A DNA stretch of 64,000 bases. Source: Terriglobia bacterium. GTDB lineage: Bacteria; Acidobacteriota; Terriglobia; 2-12-FULL-54-10. Shown one piece after another: positions 59,731 to 64,000 of this stretch. The position numbers and the translations under genes are program-made. The DNA is taken from assembly GCA_963666975.2 (NCBI GenBank), contig CAXVYR010000003.1:320001-384000 (forward strand), given 5' to 3'. Position 1 is the stretch's first letter. Every line of letters begins with the position of its first letter. The notes below the pieces were generated by a model. That model was not told the DNA's origin and made no database searches. It saw only the letters and a list, made by a program, of their open reading frames with translations.

Positions 59731-61115
59731 CCTTCTCAAGAAACAGTGCCTGGACAAGTGCCTTTATTCTGGTTTTGATTTTTCCCACTGCGCTAGGAGC
59801 CCAGCAAAGGCCGGAAGTTCCCCGCTCTCCGGAAATCAGAAAGGTCACCTCTGTGGATGAGCTGATGCCCTATGCTCGTTATTACGTGACCACACAGTAC
59901 CGGGGGATGGTAAGCCTCATGAAGCCCAGTCTGGGAGCGAAAGCGGGAGACAAGATTCTGCTCATCACGGAAATTACCACCGACCCGCTGGTGATCGCGG
60001 CCATTCGGAATGCGGCGCTGGAGGTGGGCGCTGAATTCAACGTCATCGAGCTGCACGGATATCCCGAGATCACCGACCCGGTGGAAACCGAAGTCACCTA
60101 CGTCAACCAGCGCGTCGATCAGATGTGGCCGGACTGGATTTGGCAGGCTATAGAGCAGGTGAACATCGTGGCGGTGGGCTACGGGCTGGAGGTCCACACC
60201 ACCACTGCGGAAATTCGAAAGTGGTTTGCCGACCGGGATATCCGGATGATCCGGTTTCCGTATTACACCCCGGAAATGATGTTGCTGTCGGGAGTGAATT
60301 ATCCCGACGAGTTGTTTGAAGCCATCAGCAGAAAAGTATGGAGTCAGGTTTACGGCGCCCGGGTGATCCGGGTGACCGATCCTCTGGGGACGGATATTAC
60401 GATTCGGCTGGATCCGGGCTACTGGGACCGGAAGAAAAATGCTTATAAAAACTTCTTAACTGACGAGGCCGGTGTCATCTGGCCCGGACACATCATGATC
60501 GTGCCGTTCTTCTCCCGAGAAAAGGCTTCCGGGAAACTGGTCAGCGACACGCTGCATGGCGGGCACATTCCAGAGACCTCGGTCCTCATCCGCGACAGCC
60601 GCTATGCCGAGGTATCCGGGGAGGGCAGCTTTGCCGAATATCTTCGGGACGTGCAGCACCAGTATAAGGATGTGACCTTGCCGGGGGCGCCCGGTCCAGG
60701 CGCCGATTTCTTTATGGAAATTTCCATCGGGACGCAGCCCAAGGCCAGCCGGGCGCCGGTGGAGGATCTGGCCGGCGCGCCGCGCTTTTTCGGCTTCGCG
60801 GAAGGCAGAAAGCGGGCCGGCGTCGTCCACGTTTCTTTTGGCACTCCCACCGCGCAGTTCGTCGAAGAGCAATCGCTCAGCAATGACTTGTTGGATTTCC
60901 TGAAGGAGAAGGATTTGATTGTTCAGCATATGGACGCCGAGCTGTACCATGCCACCTATACAGCCGACGGAAGAAAGATCGTTGAGGATGGGCGCTTGCT
61001 GGTGTTGGACGATCCGGAGATCCGCCAGATCGCTTCCAAGTACGGGGACCCGGACGAGCTGTTGAAGCTAGACTGGATCCCGCCGGTCCGGGCGAATGTC
61101 GCAACCCCTCACTAG
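59727..61115 (+). CDS. Secreted hypothetical protein, distantly M29 aminopeptidase/NicX-like
   Basis: Signal peptide; IRVTDPLGTDITI, EISIGTQPKA, GVVHVSFG, QHMD. Confidence 0.6.
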   Translation: MTFSRNSAWTSAFILVLIFPTALGAQQRPEVPRSPEIRKVTSVDELMPYARYYVTTQYRGMVSLMKPSLGAKAGDKILLITEITTDPLVIAAIRNAALEVGAEFNVIELHGYPEITDPVETEVTYVNQRVDQMWPDWIWQAIEQVNIVAVGYGLEVHTTTAEIRKWFADRDIRMIRFPYYTPEMMLLSGVNYPDELFEAISRKVWSQVYGARVIRVTDPLGTDITIRLDPGYWDRKKNAYKNFLTDEAGVIWPGHIMIVPFFSREKASGKLVSDTLHGGHIPETSVLIRDSRYAEVSGEGSFAEYLRDVQHQYKDVTLPGAPGPGADFFMEISIGTQPKASRAPVEDLAGAPRFFGFAEGRKRAGVVHVSFGTPTAQFVEEQSLSNDLLDFLKEKDLIVQHMDAELYHATYTADGRKIVEDGRLLVLDDPEIRQIASKYGDPDELLKLDWIPPVRANVATPH

Positions 61116-61175
61116 ACCATTTTTATAGATAGTGTATCGCCAGACATCACTAGACACTATCTATAAAAATGGTCT
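61114..61175. repeat. Perfect 22-bp inverted repeat with 18-bp spacer
   Basis: AGACCATTTTTATAGATAGTGT ... ACACTATCTATAAAAATGGTCT. Confidence 0.9.
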
Positions 61176-61214
61176 GGTACCAAAGATCGGTCTGGTCACA
61201 AAAGCCATCGAAAG

Positions 61215-61254
61215 GATTAAGAGTCGCCTGCTCTGCCAGTTGAGCTACGTGCCC
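61215..61254 (-). other. 5' half of tRNA-Lys(CTT), broken just after the anticodon loop
   Basis: GGGCACGTAGCTCAACTGGCAGAGCAGGCGACTCTTAATC then non-tRNA sequence; no T-arm. Confidence 0.85.
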
Positions 61255-61263
61255 TTCGGTGCG

Positions 61264-62712
61264 GAGGGTGTCCCATACATAGTTGAAGGTTGAACGGCGG
61301 TTCGGCCCGAATCGAATAGAATCGGGCCAAGCCTAAATCCTATAGAAGGAGAACCGCCGAATGAAGGGAAAATATCACGTTTTGGAACTGGGTTCCAAGG
61401 GAGCCGAAGAAACCATCCAGAAGTTTTGCCAAACCAACGGACAGATGCTGTTGCCGGTGGTGGATCTGATCACGGAGGCGCGTCTGGCGTTGGATGAGGT
61501 GATTGATCGGGCCGGGCGAGGTTTGATTGAAACGATTCTGAGCATGAGCGCAGAGCAAATCGCGGGGCCAAAGAGTCCCGGGAAGGCGAGCGGAGAGGTG
61601 CGCTGGCATGGCCGGCAATTGGGGAGGGTGAAACTGGCCGATCGCCAGCTGCGGGTGGAGCGGCCCCGGCTGCGCCGGAAGGGCGGAGGGGAAGAAGCGG
61701 TGCCGGCCTACGAAGCACTGCGGAAAAGCGAGAAGACGGGCGAGGAGATGTTCGAGGCACTGTTGAAAGGGGTTTCGACGCGGAACTACCGCGAGGTGAT
61801 CCCGGAGATGGCCAACAGCGCTGGGGTGTCGAAGTCTCAGGTGAGCCGGGAAGCGGCCGAGCAAGGAGCGCGGCGGCTGGAAGAACTGTTGGCGCGGCGC
61901 TGGGAGGAGGTCGAGATTCTGGTGATTTACCTGGACGGAATGCGGTTCGGCTCCCACCACGTCATCAGCGCCGTGGGCGTGGACATCGAGGGCCGCAAGC
62001 ATGTGCTGGGGATTCAACTGGGCGCGACCGAAAACGCCGCTGCGGTGAAAGACCTTCTCACCCGCCTGCGCCAGCAAGGTTTGCGCACGGATCAGCGCTA
62101 TCTGTTTGTGATCGACGGCGCCAAAGCGCTCCGCGCGGGGATCGAGGAAGTATTCGGCAGCAATCAGCTGGTGCAGCGTTGCCGTACTCATAAGCTGCGC
62201 AACGTGGCTGAGCGGTTACCAAAGGGCGACAAAATGCTGGCGAATCAGGTGCGGTCGCTGATGCGCGCCGCCTGGCGATTGCCCCAAGCCGAGGAAGGCA
62301 TCGTGCGCATAAAAAAGCTCGCTGGGATGATCGAGTGCGATCATCCGGCAGCAGCCGCCAGCTTGCGCGAAGGGTTGGAGGAGACCTTTACGATCAATCG
62401 AGCCGACGTTCCTCCCAGCCTCCACCGCTGCCTGGCAACCACGAACCTCATCGAGAGCCCGCAGTCGGGCGTGCGGAAAAAGACTGGCAATGTTTGCCGC
62501 TGGCGCGACGGCGAGATGACGTTGCGCTGGGTGGCAGGAGCGTTTCTGCTGACCGAGAAGAATTTCCGGAAGATCATGGGTTATCACGATCTCTGGGCTT
62601 TGGCATCGATTCTCGGCCGAAGTCCAAACGCTGCTTCCTCTCACAAGGAGGAAGTGGCGTAATATGAACTCAACCCGCCGTCCCAACCTGCAACTGAGTT
62701 TGGGACACCTTC
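61264..62712 (+). mobile_element. IS256-family insertion sequence, intact, with 8-bp target duplication TCGGTGCG
   Basis: IRs GAGGGTGTCCCA / TGGGACACCTTC; DR at 61256-61263 and 62713-62720. Confidence 0.95.
61361..62662 (+). CDS. IS256-family transposase
   Basis: GVSTR.Y, IYLDG, G.K.VLG, VIDGAKAL, QRCRTHK.RNV, TTNLIES. Confidence 0.95.
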   Translation: MKGKYHVLELGSKGAEETIQKFCQTNGQMLLPVVDLITEARLALDEVIDRAGRGLIETILSMSAEQIAGPKSPGKASGEVRWHGRQLGRVKLADRQLRVERPRLRRKGGGEEAVPAYEALRKSEKTGEEMFEALLKGVSTRNYREVIPEMANSAGVSKSQVSREAAEQGARRLEELLARRWEEVEILVIYLDGMRFGSHHVISAVGVDIEGRKHVLGIQLGATENAAAVKDLLTRLRQQGLRTDQRYLFVIDGAKALRAGIEEVFGSNQLVQRCRTHKLRNVAERLPKGDKMLANQVRSLMRAAWRLPQAEEGIVRIKKLAGMIECDHPAAAASLREGLEETFTINRADVPPSLHRCLATTNLIESPQSGVRKKTGNVCRWRDGEMTLRWVAGAFLLTEKNFRKIMGYHDLWALASILGRSPNAASSHKEEVA

Positions 62713-62822
62713 TCGGTGCGCTTCCATATCTTACAGCAAAAACGGGTTGCAGCGCACGCTCCGGCTGATCAGCAAGCGGACCCATACGCCAGTTTTTCAA
62801 TAACCTCTTAGGTGGTGAAGCC

Positions 62823-63275
62823 TTGGCCAATGTTCGTTTCTTGATCCGGGTATTTTCTCTGGCCCACCGAGTTTTATACCGGGCCTCGGGCGGTTTCGTT
62901 GGCGGCTTTGGGGCAAAGGTATTGCTCCTTACCACAGCGGGGAGAAAGAGTGGCAAATCCCGCACGATACCCTTGCTCTACCGCGCCAATGATTCCGGTT
63001 GGGCAGTTGTAGCCTCGAATGGCGGAGATGTCCGCCACCCTGCTTGGTGGCTTAATCTGAAGGCAAACCCTGTTGCCACAATCCAGGTCAGACGGGCCCT
63101 GCAGCGGGTGCGTGCCAGGGAGGCTTCTGAGAGCGAGAAGCGCGATCTATGGCCTCGATTCGTAAAAATGCATTCTGGCTACCAAACCTATCAGCAAAGG
63201 ACTAAACGGAAGATCCCGGTCGTGATTCTCGAACCAGAGACGAATGGCGGAGTTTCTTCACACGCAGAACTTTGA
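62823..63275 (+). CDS. Deazaflavin (F420)-dependent nitroreductase family protein
   Basis: LLLTTAGRKSGKSRT.PL, VASNGG...HPAWWLNLKANP, YQQRT.R.IPVVILEP. Confidence 0.9.
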   Translation: MANVRFLIRVFSLAHRVLYRASGGFVGGFGAKVLLLTTAGRKSGKSRTIPLLYRANDSGWAVVASNGGDVRHPAWWLNLKANPVATIQVRRALQRVRAREASESEKRDLWPRFVKMHSGYQTYQQRTKRKIPVVILEPETNGGVSSHAEL

Positions 63276-64000
63276 TTTGCAGAACGTTGAGTGGTTGAGC
63301 ATCTGGTGACCTCTTGATGCTGCAAGCCCGAGAGGCCGCCCTCGCGCTGTGATAACCCTCTGGAGAACGCCTGCCCTGCGGTATTTCGTGGCGACAGGGG
63401 GCCTTTGAATAGTAAGGTCTGTAAAGCAAGGTTTGTAATGAGACATTAGTCCTATTAAAAAAGGTACTTTCCCACCATTGCCCCTATTAGACCCAGGCCT
63501 CACAGTTCTAATTGTTAGGTGAGATGGAATCTCAAATTTTAGAACAAAAAGGCGTGAACCCATGACAAAGCTTCAACCCCTCGAGAGCCAGGCGAATAAC
63601 CAAAAAACTTCTTACATAATGCTGTTTTGTGCGCTGCTGCTGGTGAGGAATTCCAAGGCCACGCTGGAGCAATCGGTTCGAGTTGCTCCCCTTGCCGGGA
63701 ACGCCAAATGTTTAGCGGAAGAGCTTTTGGCCTAACAGGAGGTAATTTCGATGTCGACAAGCAGCCAGAAGAAATTCGATTTTCCAGATTTTGTCGTTTC
63801 CCTTGCGAATTTCCCGGCAGAACAAATGCTGGGCGTAGTAGAGGAAGAGATAAAAAACATTTCCAGCCGCTTCCCGAATGACGCGATGGAGAAATTCAGG
63901 CAGATGTATTACGGGAAGAAGCTAGGACGATTCCGAGTCTTCCTGCAAACGTGCGAACTCCCGGCAGATATGCCCCCGCGCGAACAGGAAGCCTACCAGG

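Noticed and set aside
63280-64000. Short ORFs at the right window edge
   Set aside because: No motifs; a possible gene starting near 63886 is cut by the window end and cannot be assigned.

Overview
A 64 kb accessory mosaic region, most likely from an Acidobacteriota genome (Solibacter-type C-terminal-domain proteins, Oar-like TonB receptor, acidobacterial VWA and Ser/Thr kinase remnants). Metabolic and DNA-handling genes include a Mo-hydroxylase pair (iorA/iorB-like), a catabolic operon (YciI, beta-hydroxyacid dehydrogenase, hydantoinase/oxoprolinase A+B, Tat amidohydrolase, lipoyl carrier, E1 alpha/beta), recD2-xth-yaeQ, CocE, sodC, a peroxiredoxin and two F420-type enzymes. Secreted or repeat proteins include two giant NHL-repeat proteins, two amidohydrolase-IPT paralogs and TPR/ankyrin genes. 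There are IS30, IS6, IS256 (x2), IS5 and IS3 elements, one intact tRNA-fMet and two tRNA halves. Three patterns are not explained by the gene calls. (1) A dispersed non-coding repeat family built around a dif-like 11-6-11 core with spacer ACGGCG sits at gene-block boundaries. (2) Stubs of one Ser/Thr kinase family (promoter/N-terminus, catalytic core, C-terminus) bracket unrelated cargo genes. (3) There is a solo integron cassette with an attC site, an attP-like tRNA-Gly junction and a candidate structured RNA with duplicated C-rich loops. Several frameshifts and one IS256 copy may be assembly artefacts. All calls are from reading the sequence by eye; no searches were run.
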